Below the pieces are notes generated by a model. It did no database searches. It saw only the letters and a program-made list of their open reading frames with translations, and had not been told where the DNA came from. Shown piece after piece: positions 1-8,493 of a stretch of DNA of 64,000 bases. Position 1 is the first letter of the stretch, and the number at the start of each line of letters is the position of its first letter. The DNA comes from an uncultured virus (IMG/VR IMGVR_UViG_3300044987_000436). Lineage: Duplodnaviria; Heunggongvirae; Uroviricota; Caudoviricetes. Made by a program: the position numbers and the translations under genes. The stretch is taken from IMG/VR virus record IMGVR_UViG_3300044987_000436. One strand, 5' to 3'.

Positions 1-643
1 TAATGAAAATATGTTTTCTAACTTTGACCTGACTAAAGCCATTGGCGCAGTTGCTGCCAGTATTGCCGCGCTTGGCGGCGGTTACACCTTGGCCGACAAA
101 ATTGGGTGGTTTGACAGGGCCATTATTGAGTGGACACCAGAGCATTTCAAGATTGTTGCAGAGGCTGGACAGCCCATCAACGTAACGGTTGCCCGTATTA
201 AAAAGCGTGATGACTGCTCAGTGGAGGGCTTTACCCCAAGCATCAGAGACGCAGCAGGTATGCTGCATGAAGCAACAACCACGGCGAGCAAGTTCAGCGG
301 CCCAGCCGGGCCAGAGATTGACACGTTCACCTACCAGTTGACGATGGTGCGAAAAGAAAAGATTGCACCCGGTAAAGCCACCTTGCTGGCGACCATCAAA
401 TACAAATGTCCAGAGGGCGAGCGTATCGTTCAGTACCCTCGCCATGCAAATCTAAGTTTTGACTTGAAAGGCTAAATATGTTCCCCCTTACAGCACTATT
501 TGAAATCGGCGGCAAGCTCATTGACAAGCTCATCCCAGACCCTGAAGCCAAGGCCAAGGCCCAGATGGAATTGGGGAAGATGGTTCAAGACGGTGAACTT
601 GCCAAGATGGCGAACGACACCAAGCTCTACGAAGTCGAGCAGG
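1..643. repeat. Exact duplicate of 63358-64000 (circular genome wrap-around; unit length 63,357 bp)
   Basis: Sequence from 63358 (taatgaaaatatg...) to the window end matches positions 1-643; the ORFs repeat with a 63,357 offset. Confidence 0.97.
11..475 (+). CDS. Membrane-anchored hypothetical protein in the lysis region (duplicated at 63368-63832)
   Basis: N-terminal hydrophobic helix (AIGAVAASIAALGGGY) followed by a soluble beta-rich domain with two Cys; lies just upstream of holin and endolysin. Confidence 0.7.
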   Translation: MFSNFDLTKAIGAVAASIAALGGGYTLADKIGWFDRAIIEWTPEHFKIVAEAGQPINVTVARIKKRDDCSVEGFTPSIRDAAGMLHEATTTASKFSGPAGPEIDTFTYQLTMVRKEKIAPGKATLLATIKYKCPEGERIVQYPRHANLSFDLKG

Positions 644-891
644 AGAACATCACAGACCGCTGGCGCTCAGACATGGGCAGTGACTCTTGGATGTCTAAAA
701 ACATCCGCCCAATGGCTTTGATTGCTATCTTTGTGGCCTTCTTCCTGTTCACCATGATGTCTGCGTTTGGCTACAACGCGCAGGAGTCTTACGTCCAACT
801 GCTGGGCCAGTGGGGGCAGATCATCTTCCTTGCCTACTTTGGCGGACGCACAGTTGAGAAGTTGGCTGACATGAAAATGGGTAAAAAATGA
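478..891 (+). CDS. Putative holin (resembles the 3TM gene-transfer-release holin family)
   Basis: LIDKLIPDP N-terminus, SDSWMSKNIRP motif, two C-terminal hydrophobic segments ending YFGGRTVEK; overlaps the endolysin start. Confidence 0.75.
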   Translation: MFPLTALFEIGGKLIDKLIPDPEAKAKAQMELGKMVQDGELAKMANDTKLYEVEQENITDRWRSDMGSDSWMSKNIRPMALIAIFVAFFLFTMMSAFGYNAQESYVQLLGQWGQIIFLAYFGGRTVEKLADMKMGKK

Positions 892-1400
892 AAGAGAACT
901 TTCCCGCAGCTTTAAACGCCCTGTTGAAACACGAGGGCGGCTACGTAAACCATCCGTCTGATCCGGGCGGCATGACCAACCTTGGCGTTACTAAGCGCGT
1001 CTGGGAGGAGTGGGTCGGCCACAAGGTGGACGAGAAGCAGATGCGTGCGCTGACCCCTGAGCTTGTGGCCCCCTTGTACAAGAAGAAGTACTGGGATAAG
1101 GTCTGCGGTGACGAGTTGCCGACTGGTTTGGACTTGGCTGTGTTTGATCTGGCCGTTAACTCAGGTCCGGGCCGCGCTGCCAAGATGCTGCAAAAGGTGC
1201 TGGGCGTACCCCAAGATGGTGCTATCGGCCCGCAGACGCTGGCAAAAGCGGTAAATGTTGATAGCAGTAAACTCATAGCCGATTACAATGCTGAAAGGCT
1301 GGCGTTCTTGCAAGCCTTGCCTACATGGGGCACCTTCGGCAAAGGTTGGGGTCGCCGCGTTGCTGAAGTCACTGAGCAAGCTACCCACATGACTGCGTAA
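888..1400 (+). CDS. Endolysin, glycoside hydrolase family 108 with C-terminal peptidoglycan-binding domain
   Basis: HEGGYVNHPSDPGGMTNLGVT signature, FDLAVNSG, DGAIGPQT, FGKGWGRRV. Confidence 0.93.
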   Translation: MKENFPAALNALLKHEGGYVNHPSDPGGMTNLGVTKRVWEEWVGHKVDEKQMRALTPELVAPLYKKKYWDKVCGDELPTGLDLAVFDLAVNSGPGRAAKMLQKVLGVPQDGAIGPQTLAKAVNVDSSKLIADYNAERLAFLQALPTWGTFGKGWGRRVAEVTEQATHMTA

Positions 1401-1409
1401 GGAGTCCCC

Positions 1410-3368
1410 GTGCCACTACAAAAACTCCAGTTCCGACCCGGTGTAAACAGGGAATCGACCACGCTTACCAACGAAGGCGGATGGTTTGAGAGCGACAAGG
1501 TGCGTTTTCGTTCGGGTTCGGCTGAAAAAATTGGCGGTTGGGTTTCAGATGTTGGGGTATCTAACGCTGTGCTACAACCCCCAATAGGCTCGTTCTGGGG
1601 TGTCTGCCGTTCATTGTGGAATTGGATTACGCTGTCCAGCTACAACTTGCTGGGCCTCGGAACTAACCTTAAATACTATATCCAAAACGGCACCGGCGGT
1701 TTTTTCTACGACATCACGCCAATTCGCCAAACCACCACAGCGGGGGATGTAACCTTCGCAGCCACGACGGGCTCCACAACCCTGACAATCACCGATGCCG
1801 CGCACGGAGCGCAAGCTGGGGATTTTGTGACGTACAGCGGCGCGGTGAGCTTGGGTGGGGTCATCACAGCCACCGTGCTCAATAGAGAGTATCAAGTAGT
1901 GGCCGTCACCAGCAATAACGTCTACACAATTACTTCTGCGGTTGCAGCAAACGCTTCGGACATAGGTAACGGGGGCTCGTCTGTGGTTGGCGCGTATCAA
2001 ATTACAACGGGCTCGGACATCTACACCGTCAGTGTGGGCTGGGGTGCCGGTGGTTGGAGCGGAATTACAACGGGATTTACAAGCACTGGATGGGGTTCTC
2101 CTGCTCCGTCAGGTGTGGGCCTTGGCGTGCAGCTTCGTCTTTGGAGCCAGTCTAATTACGGTCAGAACCTTATCTTCAATCCCCGTGGCGGTGCGCTGTA
2201 CTACTGGGCAGTGAACGCCAACCCCAACATATTTGACCGTGGTGGGATTCTCTCCTCCACAAGCTCGGGCGTTTTCCAAACAGATGTGGATTGCCCGTCG
2301 ATATGTAACTTCACAATGGTGTCGGACGCCTCCCGCTTTGTGCTTTCGTTTGGCGTAAATGACTACGGTTCGGTGATTCAAAACCCATTGTTAGTGCGCT
2401 GGTCAAACCAAGAAGACTACACAACGTGGACCCCTGCAATTACCAATCAGGCGGGTAGCTACCAACTTAGCCACGGCTCGTCCATCATTACGGCTTTGCA
2501 AGCCCGACAAGAAATTTTGGTCTGGACGGACTCCGCGTTGTACTCGATGCAGTACCTTGGCCCCCCGTACGTCTGGGGCTTTCAAATCCTTGCGGACAAT
2601 TTGTCGGTTGTTGGACCCAATGCGGCGGTGACAGCCAACAACATTACATACTGGATGGGTGTTGATAAGTTTTACATGTACTCTGGTCGCGTTGAAACGC
2701 TCCCTTGTACCCTGCGTTCGTTTGTTTACAACGACATCAACATGTCGCAAGCGTTCCAGTTCTTTGCTGGAACCAACGAGGGCTTTAATGAAGTCTGGTG
2801 GTATTACTGCTCGGCCAACTCTACTGTCATTGACAGGTACGTTGTGTACAACTACCTTGAGCGTATCTGGTACTACGGCACGCTAAACCGCACAGCTTGG
2901 CTGGACAGTGCCTTGCGTGTAGAGCCTATGGCGACAACGTATAACGCCCAGCTTTTGTACCACGAGACTGGTGTAGATGACGGCACAACCAACCCGCCTT
3001 CGCCTATTACTGCGTACGTGCAGTCTTCTGACTTTGACATTGGGGACGGCCACAACTTTGGCTTTGTTTGGCGCATCATCCCAGACGTGACCTTTGATGG
3101 CTCCTCGGTAAATGCCCCCGCGCTGGACTTCACGGTTCGGCCACGGCAATTCCCCGGCTCCAACTACGGCAACTCAAACAACCCAACAGTCGTTAGCAAT
3201 CAGTCTTACGCGGGACAGCGTACGTACAACGTGCAGCAGTTCACTGAACAGGTCTATGTCCGGGTCCGGGGTCGCCAGATGGCGTTTAAAGTTAGCTCCG
3301 ACACGCTGGGCACGGCATGGCAATTAGGCGTCCCCCGCATTGAAGTGCGTCCGGACGGCAGGAAGTAA
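1410..3368 (+). CDS. Tail tubular/nozzle-like virion protein
   Basis: 652 aa, beta-propeller-like W/Y-rich repeats (LLVRWSNQED), C-terminal RVRGRQMAFKV...LGVPR; precedes the ejection-type genes. Confidence 0.7.
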   Translation: MPLQKLQFRPGVNRESTTLTNEGGWFESDKVRFRSGSAEKIGGWVSDVGVSNAVLQPPIGSFWGVCRSLWNWITLSSYNLLGLGTNLKYYIQNGTGGFFYDITPIRQTTTAGDVTFAATTGSTTLTITDAAHGAQAGDFVTYSGAVSLGGVITATVLNREYQVVAVTSNNVYTITSAVAANASDIGNGGSSVVGAYQITTGSDIYTVSVGWGAGGWSGITTGFTSTGWGSPAPSGVGLGVQLRLWSQSNYGQNLIFNPRGGALYYWAVNANPNIFDRGGILSSTSSGVFQTDVDCPSICNFTMVSDASRFVLSFGVNDYGSVIQNPLLVRWSNQEDYTTWTPAITNQAGSYQLSHGSSIITALQARQEILVWTDSALYSMQYLGPPYVWGFQILADNLSVVGPNAAVTANNITYWMGVDKFYMYSGRVETLPCTLRSFVYNDINMSQAFQFFAGTNEGFNEVWWYYCSANSTVIDRYVVYNYLERIWYYGTLNRTAWLDSALRVEPMATTYNAQLLYHETGVDDGTTNPPSPITAYVQSSDFDIGDGHNFGFVWRIIPDVTFDGSSVNAPALDFTVRPRQFPGSNYGNSNNPTVVSNQSYAGQRTYNVQQFTEQVYVRVRGRQMAFKVSSDTLGTAWQLGVPRIEVRPDGRK

Positions 3369-3370
3369 GC

Positions 3371-3685
3371 ATGAGCAACCCCCTATTCCGTGCTCCCCGC
3401 CTACCCACTCCCCCGGTTGAATACGATCAGAGGTTCATGGAGGCTTTGCTTAATGCCTTTCGTCTGTACTTTAACCAGTTGGACAACCCCGGCTCCGTTC
3501 TGGCCTCAACGCAGGAAGTCAACGGGCTGATTACCACTGCGCTAAGTTTTAGCCAGCCAGACCCCACGACACCGGGGACTTTGCGAATTAGCTTGCCAAC
3601 CCAAGTAAATTTAGCGGCTGGCGATCTAAAGACAGGTGACGTTTACTACGACACCTCCACATTTGTGTTAAAGGTAGCCCCGTGA
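3371..3685 (+). CDS. Hypothetical virion protein
   Basis: Co-oriented ORF between structural genes; LPTPPVEYD...FRLYFNQLD. Confidence 0.6.
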   Translation: MSNPLFRAPRLPTPPVEYDQRFMEALLNAFRLYFNQLDNPGSVLASTQEVNGLITTALSFSQPDPTTPGTLRISLPTQVNLAAGDLKTGDVYYDTSTFVLKVAP

Positions 3686-3719
3686 TACCATCAAACTACC
3701 CCCGATTTCAGAGGCAACC

Positions 3720-5711
3720 ATGAATCAAACTGCACAAGGGCTTGCTGCGCTTGGCCGAGGCCCAGACACCATGCTCGTCCACATGGCCCCGAGCGAAGTT
3801 GCGAGCCTACAAGCCCTTGCGGAGAAGCACGGAACCTCCTTGACAATCAATCCGGAAACAGGTTTGCCGGAGGCACTCAGTCTAAAATCCCTTTTGCCAA
3901 TGGTGGCGGGTTTTGCGCTTGGCCCTGCGGGCTTTGGACTGATGTCTTCTGTTGGCGCGGGCCTTACAGTTGGCGGCATTTCGGCGCTCACATCGGGCAG
4001 TTTGCAAAAAGGCCTGATGGCAGGTCTGGGCGCGTACGGCGGTTCTGGACTAGGCGAAAGTTTGATGGGCGCAGGTACAAACGCGCTGTCTTCTTCCGCC
4101 GGAACTAACGCAGTTGTACCCCCCGCCGCTGAATCAATTGTTCCCCAAGCCGTTATGCCTGCGACGACTAATGTTGCGGCGGCAACTCCGGATATTTTTG
4201 GGGGCACGGCAAACGAAGTGGCTAGCGCATATGGGTATTCACCAATACCCGCAACCAATGTGGCGCAAGCAGTCACAACAACAACGCCAGCACCTAATTT
4301 AGCGGATTTGGTTCCGCAAGCCGGACCTTCGACCGGCGATTTTGCGCGTTTTGACCGCGCTTTTAGCCCCGGCTTAGGTGCCAGCCCAACGGACAAACTC
4401 GGCGCGGGTTTTCAGGCGGTAACAGACAGCCCCGGTGCCGCGTGGGAGTTTGCTAAAAAGAACGCCATGCCGCTCGGTGCTCTTGGTATTGCGGCGCTTT
4501 CCGGTATGGAGCAAGAGGGAGGCGGCGAAGGACCACCACAACATCCGGGCATGATTCGTCCGTACACGTACTCCCGTACCAAAAACAAAACCGCGTTCCA
4601 AGACGTGGCGGGCGCACCGATGTCGTCCAAAGAGCGTCAATACTTCAATGATGCGTACATAGCAGGGACTCCCTACAAGGCTCCCGGCCCTGAATACATG
4701 GCTGCTGGCGGTCCCGTTGAGGCTATGTCGAACGCAAACGTAATTGGCTCCGACACGGGCTACCCGCAGTCAGACATTCGTAATGGTGCGTATTCCAATC
4801 CGTACCAACAGCCCGTGGCTCAGAACGTAGTAACCGGCGTGCAAGGCGCGGGCATTAACCCGTACACGGGGCAGATGGCGTTTGCTGGCGGGGGAATTGT
4901 GAATTTTGACAATGGCGGCTCTGTTGGTGGTTACACGTTTAACCCGAATACATCCTTATACGAGCGCGACGCCAACGACTCTATTTACGAAAACGACAGC
5001 ATTGGCGGGTACGCATTTGACCCCCGCACCGGGACGTTTACAAAGGCAGGGCTTAAACCCGTTGTAGCACCTGCACCCACTGCAACTGTTGGGGATATGA
5101 GTGTTGGCGGTGGCGGTAGTGACAGCTATTACAACCCAACTCCCGGCCCAAGCCAGTACTCAAGCCCATACGCTGCAAATTCTTTGACCGGCGGATTGGT
5201 GCCGAGCCTCATAGGTATGCAAGAACCCGCGTTTAATGTGCCAGTGGAAGATATGGGAACGTACGCCGCCGCAAAAAATGACGCTATAGCCGGGCTTTCT
5301 GCGCATCAATCTGCTCAAGCCGAGGGCGGTGAAGGCATTGGAGGGGGGGATATTAGCGGCCAAAGCGAAGGAACTCCAGCACTTGCGCGTGGTGGTTTAA
5401 TGGCACTTGCCCAAGGTGGCATGTCCAATCTTGGCAGTTACTCCGATGGCGGCAGGCTTCTGCGCGGCCCCGGTGATGGCGTGTCTGACAGCATCCCTGC
5501 AATGATTGGCCGGAAACAGCAAGCCCGCCTTGCCGATGGTGAGTTTGTGGTGCCTGCGCGTATCGTGTCCGAGCTGGGTAACGGCTCCACCGAAGCTGGC
5601 GCTCGTCAGTTGTACGCCATGATGGATCGGGTGCAGAAAGCCCGCAAGAAGTCGATTGGCAAGGGCAAAGTAGCAACAAATTCCCGCGCAGCAAAGCTGC
5701 TGCCAGCGTAA
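3720..5711 (+). CDS. Putative internal virion/DNA ejection protein
   Basis: N-terminal GRGPDTMLVHM...INPETGLPEA, Gly/Ala-rich hydrophobic segment, C-terminal GPGDGVSDSIPA...LADGEFVVPA motif, multiple xxGG motifs. Confidence 0.65.
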   Translation: MNQTAQGLAALGRGPDTMLVHMAPSEVASLQALAEKHGTSLTINPETGLPEALSLKSLLPMVAGFALGPAGFGLMSSVGAGLTVGGISALTSGSLQKGLMAGLGAYGGSGLGESLMGAGTNALSSSAGTNAVVPPAAESIVPQAVMPATTNVAAATPDIFGGTANEVASAYGYSPIPATNVAQAVTTTTPAPNLADLVPQAGPSTGDFARFDRAFSPGLGASPTDKLGAGFQAVTDSPGAAWEFAKKNAMPLGALGIAALSGMEQEGGGEGPPQHPGMIRPYTYSRTKNKTAFQDVAGAPMSSKERQYFNDAYIAGTPYKAPGPEYMAAGGPVEAMSNANVIGSDTGYPQSDIRNGAYSNPYQQPVAQNVVTGVQGAGINPYTGQMAFAGGGIVNFDNGGSVGGYTFNPNTSLYERDANDSIYENDSIGGYAFDPRTGTFTKAGLKPVVAPAPTATVGDMSVGGGGSDSYYNPTPGPSQYSSPYAANSLTGGLVPSLIGMQEPAFNVPVEDMGTYAAAKNDAIAGLSAHQSAQAEGGEGIGGGDISGQSEGTPALARGGLMALAQGGMSNLGSYSDGGRLLRGPGDGVSDSIPAMIGRKQQARLADGEFVVPARIVSELGNGSTEAGARQLYAMMDRVQKARKKSIGKGKVATNSRAAKLLPA

Positions 5712-5728
5712 ATACTTGAGGAATACAG

Positions 5729-6829
5729 ATGACTACACCAACACAATCAACGATAACGCAGACCAGCATCCCAGACTACGCCAAGCCGTATGTTGAAAAA
5801 ATGCTCGGCAAAACGGAAGCGCTTTCTGAGACTCCTTACCAGACCTACGACCGCGAACGTATAGCCGGGTTTACCGACTTGCAGAATAAAGCGTTCCAAG
5901 GCGCTCAAGGGATGCAAACTTCTGGCCTAACGGGTCTTGGCGGGCAGTATGCGGGCGCGGCCACATTGGGCGCGTTGGGGACAAACTACGACCCGACCCA
6001 GTTTCAAGCGGGATTCAATCCGTCACAATTTCAAGGCGGACAGTTTGGGCAGCAAGATGCCCAGCAGTACATGTCTCCGTACATGCAAAGCGTTGTTGAC
6101 ATACAACAACGAGAAGCCCAGCGCCAAGCAGACATTGCCGGTACTGGCCGCGCTGCGCAGGCTACACAACAAGGTGCGTTCGGTGGTGGCCGTCAAGCCG
6201 TTATGGAAGCCGAAGCTGCGCGTAATCTGGCAACCCAGAAGGGCGACATCCAAGCGCAGGGCTTGCAGTCCGCTTACCAGCAGGCTCAGGCGCAGTTCAA
6301 TGCAGACCAAGCCCGCCGGATGCAGGCCCAACAGTACGGAGAGCAATCCAGACAGTACGGCGCTGGTCTTGGTATGCAAGCGCAGCAGCTTGGCGAGCAG
6401 TCCAAACAGTACGGCGCTGGTCTCGGTCTCCAAGGTCTTCAAACGGCTCTTCAAGGTGCCGGTCAATTAGGTGCGCTTGGCGGCCAGCAGTTTGCTCAGG
6501 GCATGGACATCAACAAGCTCCAACAGTCTTACGGCACGCAGCAACAGCAGCAACAGCAGAACATCCAGTCGCAACAGTACCAAGACTTCCTGAACCAGCA
6601 GAACTACCCGTACAAGCAGTTGGCGTTTCAATCCGATATGCTGCGCGGTTTGCCGCTGTCACAGGCGTCTTCACAGATTTATCAAGCACCTCCATCGGCA
6701 CTTTCTACAGCAGCAGGTCTGGGTACGGCTGCACTGGGTGCGTCTAAACTAGGAATGTTCGCCAAAGGCGGCGCAGTGCAACAACGCCCTGCCGGGCTGG
6801 CCGAGTTGGCAATTTCCAGAATGGCGTAA
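5729..6829 (+). CDS. Putative DNA pilot/ejection protein
   Basis: Q/G/A-rich helical protein with YMSPYMQSVVD and GAFGGGR motifs. Confidence 0.6.
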   Translation: MTTPTQSTITQTSIPDYAKPYVEKMLGKTEALSETPYQTYDRERIAGFTDLQNKAFQGAQGMQTSGLTGLGGQYAGAATLGALGTNYDPTQFQAGFNPSQFQGGQFGQQDAQQYMSPYMQSVVDIQQREAQRQADIAGTGRAAQATQQGAFGGGRQAVMEAEAARNLATQKGDIQAQGLQSAYQQAQAQFNADQARRMQAQQYGEQSRQYGAGLGMQAQQLGEQSKQYGAGLGLQGLQTALQGAGQLGALGGQQFAQGMDINKLQQSYGTQQQQQQQNIQSQQYQDFLNQQNYPYKQLAFQSDMLRGLPLSQASSQIYQAPPSALSTAAGLGTAALGASKLGMFAKGGAVQQRPAGLAELAISRMA

Positions 6830-6838
6830 GGGTAAACC

Positions 6839-8422
6839 ATGATTAACATTAGCCCAACAGAAAAGCAACTGATTGCGATGACGCCTTCGCAGCGGAAGCA
6901 GTACGTGCAAATGCACAAGAACAATCCGTACATCGTGTCTATGGCGCTGAACATCGACAACCACGAAAAAGCGATCCGCTTGGCGGATCAGGCACGCAAT
7001 ATACCTGCCGAGCAGCCCAAAGTTGTTGACCAGTTTCTTGCCCAAATGGGTACCCCTCCCCCGCCGCAGATGCCCCAAGCGCAAGCCCAGCCAATGCCGG
7101 AAGACGTAGGCATCGGCGCTCTCCCCGCGCCCAACATGCAGGGCATGGCCGAGGGCGGCATCGTAGCTTTTGGTAATGGCGGTGATGTGCCGGGCTTTGC
7201 GGGCGGTGTATATGTTGGTGAAGGCGGCGAGTATTCTGCGGACCCCCTGACTGCGGAAGAACTTGCCCAGCGCGACCCTCTTGCTCGCCTGAAACAGTTT
7301 AGCGCATGGGCCGGACGAAACGTCGAACGCGACCCGGTTACGGGTGAGGTAACACGTAAAGCAAACATAGCAGCGCCCGTCATGGGGCCAGCAGTGTCTG
7401 CCGCCTACCCAGATGAAACTCGTCGAGGCGCTGCCGCTAATTTGCTACCTGCCGCTCCCGGCGGCAAGCCTCCTCCCGTTGCTGGTGCTGGTGCTGGCCC
7501 CGGTGCTGGCGCTCCCCGTGCGGCTGCTGCCGCTCCGGCAGGCTTGTCGTACCTTGACCAGTTGAAGAAGGCCCAGACAGCGATGGGGCCAGCCGTGAAC
7601 CCCGAGCAGGCGGCAATGGAAAAGCTCGTGGGCGAGCGCAACCTAGGCGCGACTGAAGCCAAGAAAGAACTTGAGGCTGACATTGCATCCCGTGCTGACC
7701 AGTTCAAAGGCCGGGAAGAACGTATCGGCAAGCGCGAAGCCGAGCTGGGCAAGCAAAAGGACTCGAACACAGGCATGGCATTCCTTGAAGCCGGTCTGGC
7801 CATGATGCAATCCAAAGGTCGGGGCTTGGCTGGTATTGCCGAAGGCGCTGGCGTTGGCCTCAAACAATACTCGTCCGGCCTCAAAGACTTGAAAGCGGCG
7901 CAAGAGAAACTGGACGACGCCCGTGATCGCACAGACGAGTTGAAACAGAACCAGTCCACGATGGACAAGAGCGCCGTACGCGCCGCAAACAAAGACATTC
8001 GGGACGCGTCTATGGCCGGGCAGCAGTCTCTGATCGACGCTCGCATGAAGATTTACGGCGAAAATAAGGCAGATGCTCGCGCAGCGGTTACCAGTGACAT
8101 GGCGGTTAGTCAGGCTGCATTGGATCGTCAGAACCGAATCCAAGTTGCCAGTATGCCGGGCGACCAGCAAAGAATGCTCACGGCGCTTGGCGGTAAAGGC
8201 GGGCTCGAAGCGGGTCTTGCAAAAATGCAGGAAATCCAAGCTGACAAGACCGGCGCTACTTACGCTAAGTTGTTCACAGAAACTGTGGCAGAAGCAAACA
8301 AAGCAGGCACAACCCCGCCGACAGCCGCACAGTTTGCAGCGAGCTTGCGCCAACTGGCAACGGCAATGAATCCTGCAAAAGTTCCTCCACCAGTAAACGC
8401 CACTAGTGCGTCACGCACCTAA
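6839..8422 (+). CDS. Putative internal virion/ejection protein
   Basis: Ala/Pro-rich linker, coiled coil and MAEGGIVAF motif; sits in the ejection-protein cluster. Confidence 0.55.
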   Translation: MINISPTEKQLIAMTPSQRKQYVQMHKNNPYIVSMALNIDNHEKAIRLADQARNIPAEQPKVVDQFLAQMGTPPPPQMPQAQAQPMPEDVGIGALPAPNMQGMAEGGIVAFGNGGDVPGFAGGVYVGEGGEYSADPLTAEELAQRDPLARLKQFSAWAGRNVERDPVTGEVTRKANIAAPVMGPAVSAAYPDETRRGAAANLLPAAPGGKPPPVAGAGAGPGAGAPRAAAAAPAGLSYLDQLKKAQTAMGPAVNPEQAAMEKLVGERNLGATEAKKELEADIASRADQFKGREERIGKREAELGKQKDSNTGMAFLEAGLAMMQSKGRGLAGIAEGAGVGLKQYSSGLKDLKAAQEKLDDARDRTDELKQNQSTMDKSAVRAANKDIRDASMAGQQSLIDARMKIYGENKADARAAVTSDMAVSQAALDRQNRIQVASMPGDQQRMLTALGGKGGLEAGLAKMQEIQADKTGATYAKLFTETVAEANKAGTTPPTAAQFAASLRQLATAMNPAKVPPPVNATSASRT

Positions 8423-8493
8423 CTGGCATAATTCCAAGCAGGGGCTAGTACGGCGCTACCCCTGCCTTTTCAGCCGAACAATTTGGTGAACAC

